This document shows positions 11,713-22,953 of a stretch of DNA of 64,000 bases, piece after piece (the first letter of the stretch is position 1; every line of letters starts with the position of its first letter). Under the pieces are notes generated by a model, which saw only the letters and a list, made by a program, of their open reading frames with translations, had not been told where the DNA came from and did not search any database. Location: positions 4,810,797 through 4,874,796 of the forward strand of contig NC_087080.1 of the NCBI RefSeq assembly GCF_026151205.1, written 5' to 3'. A program made the position numbers and the translations under genes. Source of the stretch: Bolinopsis microptera. Its lineage: Eukaryota.

Positions 11713-12030
11713 CCACAATAAATGCAACGGTCGTGCTTGCCAGCACTGTGATAATTAAAAACAAACTTTGCTTGTTTACCTGAAATTAGAATTTTATACA
11801 ATTAATGTAAGATTGAAGTCGTGTTTTTACCAATTTCCCTGCACCATCCGGTAAATTTATTACCCTCAGCCCTTCGTTGTGGGCTGCGCGGTCGTATCGT
11901 GGCTTTCGCCACGGTATAGCGGGGGCGAAATGAAATACAAATGAGGATCGCGACGCGTGACTTGTAGGTTTATAACCTACCAGGACGCGCGCCGAGTTGG
12001 ACTCGTCGACGGAGTATTTTTAAAACTGGT

Positions 12031-12447
12031 AAAGTTATTCCTATTTACAAGAAAGACAATAAGGAATGTGTTGAAAACTATCGGCCTGTATCAATATTAC
12101 CTTTATTTGGAAAAATTTTCGAGAAGATCATTTACAAACGGCTCTATAATTTCTTCACATCTAAAGGTGTATTGACAGACTCACAGTTTGGATTTAGAAA
12201 AGGTCATTCCACCACTCATGCTCTACACAAATCTATAGACTCCGTTACAAAGACTCTAGCTGGCAATAAACATGTCTTAGGAATATTCATTGACTTAAGC
12301 AAAGCCTTCGACACCCTTGACCACAACATTCTTCTAAGCAAGTTAAACTCCTATGGTATTAGGGGCACAGCACTTACCCTACTTAAAAGCTATTTGACTA
12401 ACAGTATGTTATGTATAACGATGTACCATCAGAAACAATGGATGTGA
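12031..12447 (+). CDS. LINE RT N-terminal part (frame 0), start truncated
   Basis: KVIPIYKKDNKECVENYRPVSILPLFGKIFEKIIYKRLYNFFTSKGVLTDSQFGFRKGHSTTHAL...IFIDLSKAFDTLDHNILLSKL. Confidence 0.75.
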   Translation, partial: KVIPIYKKDNKECVENYRPVSILPLFGKIFEKIIYKRLYNFFTSKGVLTDSQFGFRKGHSTTHALHKSIDSVTKTLAGNKHVLGIFIDLSKAFDTLDHNILLSKLNSYGIRGTALTLLKSYLTNSMLCITMYHQKQWM

Positions 12448-13529
12448 AATTTGGGGTACCACAGGGGTCAATTCTAGGGCCATTACTCTTTCTACTGTAT
12501 ATGAACGATATAGTGAACTGTTTTTCAGACAGTGAGGTGAAATTTGTACTTTATGCTGATGACACTAATATCTTTATATCAGGACCATCTAGAGAAGCAA
12601 CATACAAAAAAGCAAACTTAGTTCTTAAACATGTGTCGATTTACATGAAATGTAATCTACTCCATATCAATATGTCTAAATGTTGCTACATCCATTTTAA
12701 ACCTGCCTCTGAATATGATGAGACCTGTGCAAGGACCAGACCATTTGCTAACCTGCTAGATGAGTCTAGGTCAATATTCATCGATGGTAAGGTTATTACT
12801 AAAGTCAAGGATACCAAATTCCTAGGTATTGTTATAGATAGTAAGTTAAACTGGGCTGCCCATATGCACTACATTCGTAAAAAACTTCGGTCCATGACTG
12901 GTGCAATCTGTAGAATTCGACACTCGATACCTGGTGAACTATATTTGAAAATATATAATGCTCTCTTTGAATCACATCTCAGTTATGGTATAAGTGTTTG
13001 GGGCGTTGTCCTTAAAGAACGATCAAATGACAGTATTTTTATCACACAGAAGCACTGTGTAAGGATCCTTTTTGGTGATCTCGACTCATATTTAGATAAA
13101 CAATCAACATGTGCACGTACTAGACCGTATGGTATGCAAAAATTAGACCATAAACACTTTGAAAAGGAGCATACAAAACCCATTTTTAATAGACTAAAAA
13201 TTCTAACGGCTCAAAACTTGTACAAATATCACTGCATTTTAGAATTCTCTAAGATTATCAAGTACCACTGCCCCTACTCCCTTTATGAGGCCATCAACAT
13301 TTCAAACCGTGCAACAAGTCTAAATGTTATTCTTCTAAATAAATCAAATACCTTTTTGTTTAATGCAGCCAAGCTTTGGAACACAGTTCATAAAAAAATT
13401 TTAACTTCAAGCAATTGCCTAGAAACTTCCATTAACTTGATAAAATTGAGAACCAAAGCACTATTAGTACAATCACAGGCAGCCGACTTAAAAGATACCT
13501 GGACTCCAACCAATTTTAAATTGCAGTAA
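12411..13529 (+). CDS. LINE RT C-terminal part (frameshifted relative to the upstream segment)
   Basis: GVPQGSILGPLLFLLYMNDI, YADDTNIFI, LHINMSKC and a C-terminal tail; a 372-aa ORF. Confidence 0.8.
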   Translation: MYNDVPSETMDVKFGVPQGSILGPLLFLLYMNDIVNCFSDSEVKFVLYADDTNIFISGPSREATYKKANLVLKHVSIYMKCNLLHINMSKCCYIHFKPASEYDETCARTRPFANLLDESRSIFIDGKVITKVKDTKFLGIVIDSKLNWAAHMHYIRKKLRSMTGAICRIRHSIPGELYLKIYNALFESHLSYGISVWGVVLKERSNDSIFITQKHCVRILFGDLDSYLDKQSTCARTRPYGMQKLDHKHFEKEHTKPIFNRLKILTAQNLYKYHCILEFSKIIKYHCPYSLYEAINISNRATSLNVILLNKSNTFLFNAAKLWNTVHKKILTSSNCLETSINLIKLRTKALLVQSQAADLKDTWTPTNFKLQ

Positions 13530-14651
13530 TTAAATTGCACATGCAGCGGCACACACCTAATATTACTATCATGATTGAACTATAAGCTGTTAAGCTTTCA
13601 GATCCATTTTTAACCACTTGATGTAATTTTTTTAATAATTAAATATTTTATTTTACAAATTTATATCAGATCGAACCTATATTTGATAATCGAACCTATA
13701 TTCGATAGTTAAATTTATGCGATAAATTGATATTGATATTATTATTGTTGAGTGAAGTTAACTCCTGAGATAAATTTTATTAATTTTTAACAAAGGGACT
13801 TGGAGTATAAACGACCAAGTTCGCATAAATGCCTACCCAACCAAGAATTTAGGAGGCAAGGGTGGGTGCGTAAACTTTACGGTCTGCACTCTCCGATCCT
13901 GTATCACCCTGGATTCTTTTTGACGTATTTTTGTAATAGGTATATACCTTTATCCATTCTCTTGCTACTCCAAGTCCCCTAAGATATCTGGTAAAAAGGT
14001 CCTGCTAGTTATATATAAAATATATTTATGTTTGCTTTAATTGATACTAAATAAAATTGTTGTTTTCTTGAAATTGTTGTTTTCTTGGTCCTGATTAATA
14101 TTTGAAGCAAATATTTTACGACTACAAGTATCACCTGTTAAAGAAAAGATTGGAAATTAAACTCGCCGGTACGTCGACGGATGATGCTTGTCTAAATTTG
14201 TTCGAAGTAACACGCGCAACTTTCTTTTCGAAGCGAAATGTCTGTGTTACTGGGCGGCGCTCAGCCTGTGCCTTTTCAATTTCAATGTCATTCCGCAACC
14301 GTTTATCATTTACGAACGAATAAAAACAACGTCAATATTTTACATGTCACAGTTAGCTGGCAGTACGGCCCAGTTGATAAATTGTGCATCGCGCCGATCT
14401 AGCAAAAAAACATTATTTGATGCGCTGATCAGTCTCCTAAGACTAATAATATAAAACATCGTTTCTTTTGTCCGTAATTGCCTGTACTGCGTGAGAATTA
14501 CAAAATAATTACAGCACATTTACAAAATAAGAATAATGAAAAAGTAAACGTGTTTTCTCGGTTATAATTCATAATTATTTTTATAATAACGCTTTATTGT
14601 TAATGCAATCATAGTGGTCAGCTTGTGACATGGCTATGACGCCTTTTTCTT

Positions 14652-14836
14652 ACATGGTTATGACATGGTTATGACATGGTTATGACATGGTTATGACATG
14701 GTTATGACATGGTTATGACATGGTTATGACATGGTTATGACATGGTTATGACATGGTTATGACATGGTTATGACATGGTTATGACATGGTTATGACATGG
14801 TTATGACATGGTTATGACATGGTTATGACATGGTTA
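14652..14836. repeat. 11-bp tandem array (catggttatga)n, about 17 units
   Basis: Direct reading. The inverted counterpart is at 17898-18213. Confidence 0.9.
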
Positions 14837-17800
14837 CAACCAAAACTCCTTCAGACCAATTTTGAACCATTATGAGCACTTTCAGGATACAATTCATTTC
14901 CGTTCATTTCCGTTCATTCTATGAACCTGGGTCATTTTGTGCGACCTTCGATGACCTCTTATCTAGGCCTAGCTTATGACACTATCTATCATAGAAAACC
15001 GAATTGGGGGTTCCCAGCCCTTACGTAATAAGTCTCAAATTGAAATGACACACATGCGCCACCTATTGATTTACATGATAAACCTGCTAGCGCATGTGTG
15101 TCAAAAAAAATAATGATACACATGCGCTTCCTAGGTAGCGCATGTGTGTCAAAAAAAATAATGATACACATGCGCTAGCAGGTTTATCATGTAAATCAAT
15201 AGGTGGCGCATGTGTGTCATTTCAATTTGAGACTTATTACGTAAGGGCTGGGAACCCCCAATTCGGTTTTCTATGATAGATAGTGTCATAAGCTAGGTCC
15301 AGAGGTCCTCAAAAGTCGCAAAAAATGACCCAGGTTCATAGAATGAACGGAAATGAACGGAAATGAACGGAAATGAACGGAAATGAACGGAAATGAACGG
15401 AAATGAATTGTATCCCAAAATTGCTCATAATGGTTAAAAATTGGTCTGAAGAGTTTGGTTGGTCCTAGGACCACCCTAGCAAATTTTGGGAATTACTATT
15501 TAGATTTTTGGTACCATTTCGAAGACATGAGGACATCGTAGTATTCACTGTATTTGAGTGCTGGGAAGCATTAATTCGGTTTTCTTCCCAGCGCTCAAAT
15601 ACAGCTTATACTTCGATGTCCCGGGTCCCCATGGCCATATATAATGTATAATGAGGCTATTATTATAGCCCCATGGATCCCTTCGTCCCCAAAATTTGCT
15701 GGAGTGGTCGTAGGACCAACCAAAACTCCTTCAGACCAATTTTGAACCATTATGAGCACTTTCAGGATACAATTCATTTCCGTTCATTTCCGTTCATTCT
15801 ATGAACCTGGGTCATTTTGTGCGACTTTCGATGGTCTTTAGGCCTAGCTTATGACACTATCTATCATAGAAAACCGAATTGGGGGTTCCCAGCCCTTACG
15901 TAATAAGTCTCAAATTGAAATGACACACATGCGCCACCTATTGATTTACATGATAAACCTGCTAGCGCATGTGTATCATTATTTTTTTGACACACATGCG
16001 CTAGCAGGTTTATCATGTAAATCAATAGGTGGCGCATGTGTGTCATTTCAATTTGAGACTTATTACGTAAGGGCTGAGAACCCCCAATTCGGTTTTCTAT
16101 GATAGATAGTGTCATAAGCTAGGTGTCATAAGTCCTAGAGGTCATCGAAAGTCGCACAAAATGACCCAGGTTCATAGAATGAACGGAAATGAACGGAAAT
16201 GAATTGTATCCCAAAATTGCTCATAATGGTTAAAAATTGGTCTGAAGAGTTTGGTTGGTCCTAGGACCACCCTAGCAAATTTTGGGAATTACTATTTAGA
16301 TTTTTGGTACCATTTCGAAGACATGATGACATCGTAGTATTCACTGTATTTGAGTGCTGGGAAGCATTAATTCGGTTTTCTTCCCAGCGCTCAAATACAG
16401 CTTATACTTCGATGTCCCGGGTCCCCATGGCCATATATAATGTATAATGAGGCTATTATTATAGCCCCATGGATCCCTTCGTCCCCAAAATTTGCTGGAG
16501 TGGTCGTAGGACCAACCAAAACTCCTTCAGACCAATTTTGAACCATTATGAGCACTTTCAGGATACAATTCATTTCCGTTCATTTCCGTTCATTCTATGA
16601 ACCTGGGTCATTTTGTGCGACTTTCGATGGTCTGTAGGCCTAGCTTATGACACTATCTATCATAGAAAACCGAATTGGGGGTTCCCAGCCCTTACGTAAT
16701 AAGTCTCAAATTGAAATGACACACATGCGCCACCTATTGATTTACATGATAAACCTGCTAGCGCATGTGTATCATTATTTTTTTTGACACACATGCGCTA
16801 GCAGGTTTATCATGTAAATCAATAGGTGGCGCATGTGTGTCATTTCAATTTGAGACTTATTACGTAAGGGCTGAGAACCCCCAATTCGGTTTTCTATGAT
16901 AGATAGTGTCATAAGCTAGGTGTCATAAGGCCTAGAGGTCATCGAAAGTCGCACAAAATGACCCAGGTTCATAGAATGAACGGAAATGAACGGAAATGAA
17001 TTGTATCCCAAAATTGCTCATAATGGTTAAAAATTGGTCTGAAGAGTTTGGTTGGTCCTAGGACCACCCTAGCAAATTTTGGGAATTACTATTTAGATTT
17101 TTGGTACCATTTCGAAGACATGATGACATCGTAGTATTCACTGTATTTGAGTGCTGGGAAGCATTAATTCGGTTTTCTTCCCAGCGCTCAAATACAGCTT
17201 ATACTTCGATGTCCCGGGTCCCCATGGCCATATATAATGTATAATGAGGCTATTATTATAGCCCCATGGATCCCTTCGTCCCCAAAATTTGCTGGAGTGG
17301 TCGTAGGACCAACCAAAACTCCTTCAGACCAATTTTGAACCATTATGAGCACTTTCAGGATACAATTCATTTCCGTTCATTTCCGTTCATTCTATGAACC
17401 TGGGTCATTTTGTGCGACTTTCGATGGTCTGTAGGCCTAGCTTATGACACTATCTATCATAGAAAACCGAATTGGGGGTTCCCAGCCCTTACGTAATAAG
17501 TCTCAAATTGAAATGACACACATGCGCCACCTATTGATTTACATGATAAACCTGCTAGCGCATGTGTATCATTATTTTTTTTGACACACATGCGCTACCT
17601 AGGAAGCGCATGTGTATCATTATTTTTTTTGACACACATGCGCTAGCAGGTTTATCATGTAAATCAATAGGTGGCGCATGTGTGTCATTTCAATTTGAGA
17701 CTTATTACGTAAGGGCTGGGAACCCCCAATTCGGTTTTCTATGATAGATAGTGTCATAAGCTAGGCCTAGATAAGAGGTCATCGAAGGTCGCACAAAATG

Positions 17801-17897
17801 ACCCAGGTTCATAGAATGAACGGAAATGAACGGAAATGAATTGTATCCTGAAAGTGCTCATTATGGTCCAAAATTGGTCTGAAGGAGTTTTGGTTGT
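14837..17897. repeat. About 3.8 tandem copies of a 797-bp unit, each made of nested long palindromes
   Basis: The identical 60-aa ORF MNCILKVL... recurs at 15595, 16391 and 17188, a period of 796-797 bp. Each unit holds ~250-bp inverted arms (aaccgaattgggggttcccagccc...gacacacatgcgc) and a second palindrome centred on ggtcctaggacc. Confidence 0.85.
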
Positions 17898-18213
17898 AAC
17901 CATGTCATAACCATGTCATAACCATGTCATAACCATGTCATAACCATGTCATAACCATGTCATAACCATGTCATAACCATGTCATAACCATGTCATAACC
18001 ATGTCATAACCATGTCATAACCATGTCATAACCATGTCATAACCATGTCATAACCATGTCATAACCATGTCATAACCATGTCATAACCATGTCATAACCA
18101 TGTCATAACCATGTCATAACCATGTCATAACCATGTCATAACCATGTCATAACCATGTCATAACCATGTCATAACCATGTCATAACCATGTCATAACCAT
18201 GTCATAACCATGT
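17898..18213. repeat. 11-bp tandem array (catgtcataac)n, about 29 units; reverse complement of the 14652 array
   Basis: Direct reading. The two arrays differ in length (about 185 vs 316 bp). Confidence 0.9.
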
Positions 18214-18596
18214 AAGAAAAAGGCGTCATAGCCATGTCACAAGCTGACCACTATGATTGCATTAACAATAAAGCGTTATTATAAAAATAATTATGAATTA
18301 TAACCGAGAAAACACGTTTACTTTTTCATTATTCTTATTTTGTAAATGTGCTGTAATTATTTTGTAATTCTCACGCAGTACAGGCAATTACGGACAAAAG
18401 AAACGATGTTTTATATTATTAGTCTTAGGAGACTGATCAGCGCATCAAATAATGTTTTTTTGCTAGATCGGCGCGATGCACAATTTATCAACTGGGCCGT
18501 ATTGCCAGCTAACTCAAACTGTGACATGTAAAATATTGACGTTGTTTTTATTCGTTCGTAAATGATAAACGGTTGCGGAATGACATTGAAAATAGG

Positions 18597-19197
18597 GCGT
18601 GCACCATAAAAATAAACTTGCTCGGATTTTAAAAATTTTTGTACCATTGTTTTCTAGAGACTGTGAGAATTTTCACAATACCAAATTTGTCATACCTTTT
18701 TGGAAAGATCAGTGAGTTTCGCCTAGGTGCCATATTTGATGGTGCGCGGCTTTTGGAGCAAAATTAGCTGTAAAAGTCGCGTAATTTGACCAAATTTGAC
18801 CAAATTCGTTGATTTTTGTCGTATTATTTGGATATATCTTCAGTTCCTTGAATGAGATCATTCTGAAAATTGGCGACGACCTTCCAATAGGGCTTTCACA
18901 ACTGTCCGAAAAATTTGGTGGATATCGGAGTTGATATAGTAATCAAAATGGGGCAAAATACGCTGCTTTTAGCTGTTACATAATGTTTGATGGTTGGATA
19001 TGCTTCAAACTTTTCGGACACTTTCCTTGTAAGTCTATCAGTAAGCTTACCAATTTTTGTTGCAATCGGAGGTCGGGAAGGATACTTAATATCTATTTGT
19101 TTGAAGAAAATTGTGCTGGCCGAAATTAGCGCTAAAAAACCATCCTACAGTCGGTACGCGCGGCTCACTGTCGATGGCGCACTACCTATTGAAAAGG
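18597..19197 (+). mobile_element. R2 nonautonomous element copy 1 (hAT-like: TAGGG terminus, 7-8-bp target duplication), inserted in the right arm only
   Basis: Right arm: cattgaa|aatagggcgtgcacc...ggcgcactacct|attgaaaaggcac. The left arm (reverse complement) reads cattgaaattgaaaaggcac with no insert. Confidence 0.7.
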
Positions 19198-19636
19198 CAC
19201 AGGCTGAGCGCCGCCCAGTAACACAGACATTTCGCTTCGAAAAGAAAGTTGCGCGTGTTACTTCGAACAAATTTAGACAAGCATCATCCGTCGACGTACC
19301 GGCGAGTTTAATTTCCAATCTTTTCTTTAACAGGTGATAATTGTAGTCGTAAAATATTTGCTTCAAATATTAATCAGGACCGTCGACGAGTCCAACTCGG
19401 CGCGCGTCCTGGTAGGTTATAAACCTACAAGTCACGCGTCGCGATCCTCATTTGTATTTCATTTCGCCCCCGCTATACCGTGGCGAAAGCCACGATACGA
19501 CCGCGCAGCCCACAACGAAGGGCTGAGGGTAATAAATTTACCGGATGGTGCAGGGAAATTGGTAAAAACACGACTTCAATCTTACATTAATTGTATAAAA
19601 TTCTAATTTTAGGTAAACAAGCAAAGTTTGTTTTTA

Positions 19637-21385
19637 ATTATTACATATAACTATTTAGTAGAGGCTCTTACGGGCATTGTCTGCTCGATACGCTAGGGAC
19701 CCCAGATACACCTTACTAGACGTATTTTTGACCGTAGAATCGATTAAAAGTAGTTTCAAAATGATTGGACTGAGTTAGCACCGTTAAAATTGCAAAAAAA
19801 CCGATTTTGGGGCCAAAAATAGGCCAAAAAAGCATGTTTTTTGATAATTTGAGCAAGTTAATTTTGTTGGCATTTCGGCAAAATTTGCATGAAGGTAGCT
19901 AAAAGACAGCCACACAAGATGGTTAAAAAATTTTAAAAATCCCTCTATTTTAGTGCAGGCAAAAACCCAAAAAAGTGGTAAAAATTTTGACTTTTTTGCT
20001 TGAAGTTTGAATAATTTTTTGCAGTTGTATTAAATCAACTCAAAAATAGTCACATCGTGTTTGCCTAAATTTTTCCTTTCCGAGAAGTACCCACTTCATA
20101 TACTTTATCGAAGTTTGAATATTGTCACTCCGCAAGCGTTTTTGCCAAATTTTCGACGCGCACTACGCGCAAAAGCATTTAGTTGTTATCAATTGGCACC
20201 CGCGCGTTCATCATAAATTTCAAACAGCTATAACTCAGCGCGATTATGTCCGTTCTAGCTCATATTTTCACACCAAATAGAAAATAATGTGATCTTATTG
20301 CTGACAAAATATGAATATAATTACTCTATTTGCCTTAGATTAATAGACTGTCAAAGTTTAAAACGCGCATTGGTATAGCACGTGACGAATAAGGCCAAAT
20401 TTATACTTCTTAACATATTATCGATCCTTAGACATCATACTATTGTGTCCAATTAGCGGTTAGGTCTCTAAACTCGTAGTATAGCAGAAAACACGTCTTT
20501 TTGCCCGTAAGAGCCTCTACTAATTAGTTGACGGATGTTACTCGTTTAAATTTTTCGATGCGAAGTTTACTGGGCCGCGCTCAGCCTCAAGCCTGTCATT
20601 CCGCCGAATTTATATGATTATGAACATATAATCCACAAATTAAGTGCAAGTAAGTAAGTAAATATTTCATGCTAGGCATGTGGCACCCATTACGGTACGG
20701 GTAACCACTAACCATCCATTGAGTTTTTGCTTTTTCGCTTTGCATAGCAGCTCAGCGAGGTCCGCAGGGGTGCCGGGTGCATTTTGCCTACATCTAACGA
20801 CAAACACTTACGTCGTAAGGTGGCCTTACGACGAGAAGCATTATTGGATCGATGCGCGGCAAGCTTGCTAGTTGCTACGAAGTATCCCGAAACTGGTTAG
20901 TCCATTATCATTTATAACGATAAACAAATTGTTGGCACTTGGCAGTTGGCTTGATACACGAATTGCATTTCGATCTTCGCGCACGATCCCAGGACACACT
21001 ACACAGGAGCTCGCCTGTCATGCGTCGGCGTACACGCTTCAATATGCAATACTTGGCAGCGCTCAGCCTGTCATTCTACAGCACGCGCAGCAGGCAGCTT
21101 CATTCCTCCTTGTCATACGTTGTATCACCCGCCGCGCACGAAGTGAGCGGCTCCCCCTGTATCGTCAGGACGACCGTGGGTGTCACAACGTGATACAAAT
21201 TCCTCCATAGCTCCATTCTCCAATGAGTATGTTTATAAATATTATAGCTTGTAGCACGATGCGTTACTGTGCCGCGCCGCGCATTCAATTATTGATTATG
21301 CTTCTTGCAACGCTAAATCGGTGAAATGCGCTACTGTGCCTCGCCGAGCTGCGATGAATTGACATTGTCAATTAACATATATTAT
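19637..21385. repeat. Right arm of outer inverted duplication
   Basis: Reverse complement of 7915-9685; see the left arm. Confidence 0.85.
19658..20520. mobile_element. MITE-A copy 2 (inverted duplicate of copy 1 within the outer palindrome)
   Basis: Same TIRs and TA flanks. Its flanking sequence is the reverse complement of copy 1's flanks. Confidence 0.75.
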
Positions 21386-21424
21386 CACTCCTGCGCGCAG
21401 TGTTGTGACCTCCCTTCGTCGTAA

Positions 21425-22025
21425 TTAGTAGGTAGTGCGCCATCGACAGTGAGCCGCGCGTGCCGACTGTAGGATGGTTTTTTAGCGCTAATTTCGGCCA
21501 GCACAATTTTCTTCAAACAAATAAATATTGAGTATCCTTCTCGACCTCCAATTGCAACAAAAATTGGTAAGCTTACTCATAGACTTACAAGGAAAGTGTC
21601 CGAAAAATTTAAAGCATATCCAATTAACAAACATTATGTTACAGCTAAAAGCAGCGTATTTTGCCCCATTTTGATCACTATATCAACTCCGATATCCACC
21701 AAATTTTTCGGACAGTTGTAAAAGCCCTATTGGAAGGTCGTCGCCAATTTTCAGAATGATCTCATTTAAGGAACTGAAGATAAATCCGAATAATATGACA
21801 AAAATGGTCAAATTTGGACGAATTTGGTTAAATTACGCGACTTTTACAGCTACTTTTGCTCCAAAAGCCGCGCACCATCAAATATGGCACTTAGGCGAAA
21901 TTCACTGATCTTTCCAAAAAGGTATGACAAATTTGGTATTGTGAAAATTCTCACAGTCTCTAGAAAACACTGGTACAAAAATTTTTTTAAATCCGAGCAA
22001 GTTTATTTTTATCGTGCACCTCCTA
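21425..22025 (-). mobile_element. R2 copy 2 (inverted orientation)
   Basis: Reverse complement of copy 1: ...ggaggtgcacgataaaaataaacttgctcgg...gatggcgcactacct. Flanked by ctaatta on both sides (7-bp target duplication). Confidence 0.65.
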
Positions 22026-22953
22026 TAATTAGCTCGTATTCAGATTGAACAATTTTGAAGTCAAATAAATGTTGTTTCTTTTAGACTTAAATAAACAATA
22101 TGGATGTAGTCCGAAAGTAATTTGTCTACTAAATAACATTTTGAAACTATGAACAAAATTGGCGAAAATTTGCCGTAGATGTGACCAAAAAACTACGCGC
22201 AGAACTAAATATTTCTTCATAGACGCGTGAAAATTTTTGAGTTTAACATTGAATATTTTAGCTTGGTTATTGTAATACTTAATTTTCAAGTCTCTATCCG
22301 ATAACTAAATATTTTATCTTTACGACAGTATAAAATTTGTTTGTATATTTGCTAAATTAAAAAAACAGTAGGAATAGAAACGTCGAAGGTCTTGCGCTTA
22401 TTTCAGTCCCAAAATATACTCTAATCATAAACTTCATAAAACCCACTGAAAATGATGTCTACAGGCATATTAAGCCCTTACACCTTCCCAAATCATTTAG
22501 CAAGGATTCAGAGCCAGTTTTTAAAATTAGCTTTCGAATATCATTGTTAAGACATAAAACTATAAATAAATGAGTGCCCTTTTTCTCTTTCGTCTCGATA
22601 GTTTCTCTTTCATTTTAACATTATACATTAGTAAAAGCAATCAGCGATCTTTATTAATCATTGAAAGAGTAGAGTAATTGGTCCTCGTCAATGTTTAGTG
22701 TCTGATTACAGTTTCGGTCCGACCTCCAAAACTGAAAAGATATTGGGGGTATTATCAGTTATGTAAATGGAAAAATTATATTTGCATCATAAAACTATGA
22801 AAACATTGAAACTAATGTTTTTGAAGGCTCGCCTATTCGTTTAAGCAATCAAATAGTCAGTGCATGCACAGTAAAGAACAGTTGAAGGCACCGGGAATGT
22901 TTCAAATATAACCTCTGTCTACTATCAAGTATCAGACCACACACTCCACTATA

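Larger units (their letters stand above)
9683..11753. other. 2.07-kb block present in the left copy but absent from the corresponding site in the right copy (insertion or deletion polymorphism between palindrome arms)
   Basis: The left copy reads tatatgtaat|ttgacc...cactgtgat|aattaaaaac. The right copy (reverse complement of 19600-19657) reads tatatgtaataattaaaaac without interruption. Confidence 0.65.
12011..14086 (+). mobile_element. 5'-truncated LINE insertion (RT plus 3' UTR), absent from the other palindrome copy
   Basis: The left copy has ctcgtcgacgg|[2076 bp]|tcctgattaat. The right copy (reverse complement of 19366-19380) has ctcgtcgacggtcctgattaat. The 3' end is the tandem aaattgttgttttcttg x2. 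Confidence 0.8.
14088..19370. repeat. Inner giant palindrome, foldback-like: unique arm, 11-bp satellite array, tandem 797-bp palindromic units, inverted 11-bp array, arm
   Basis: 14088-14640 is the reverse complement of 18214-19370 apart from one insertion. 14838... is the reverse complement of ...17885. ORFs at 14102-14323(+) and 14188-14454(+) match 19145-19366(-) and 18411-18647(-). Confidence 0.85.

Noticed and set aside
15595-17370. Repeated 60-83-aa ORFs (MNCILKVL..., MTLSIIENRIGG..., MCIIIFFDTHAL...)
   Set aside because: Each is an identical copy within the 797-bp tandem or palindromic units. They arise from repeat periodicity, with no coding signal.
14652-18213. The 11-bp tandem arrays could look like CRISPR repeats
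   Set aside because: The units are contiguous with no spacers, and they occur as an inverted pair in a eukaryotic palindrome. They are a satellite, not a CRISPR array.
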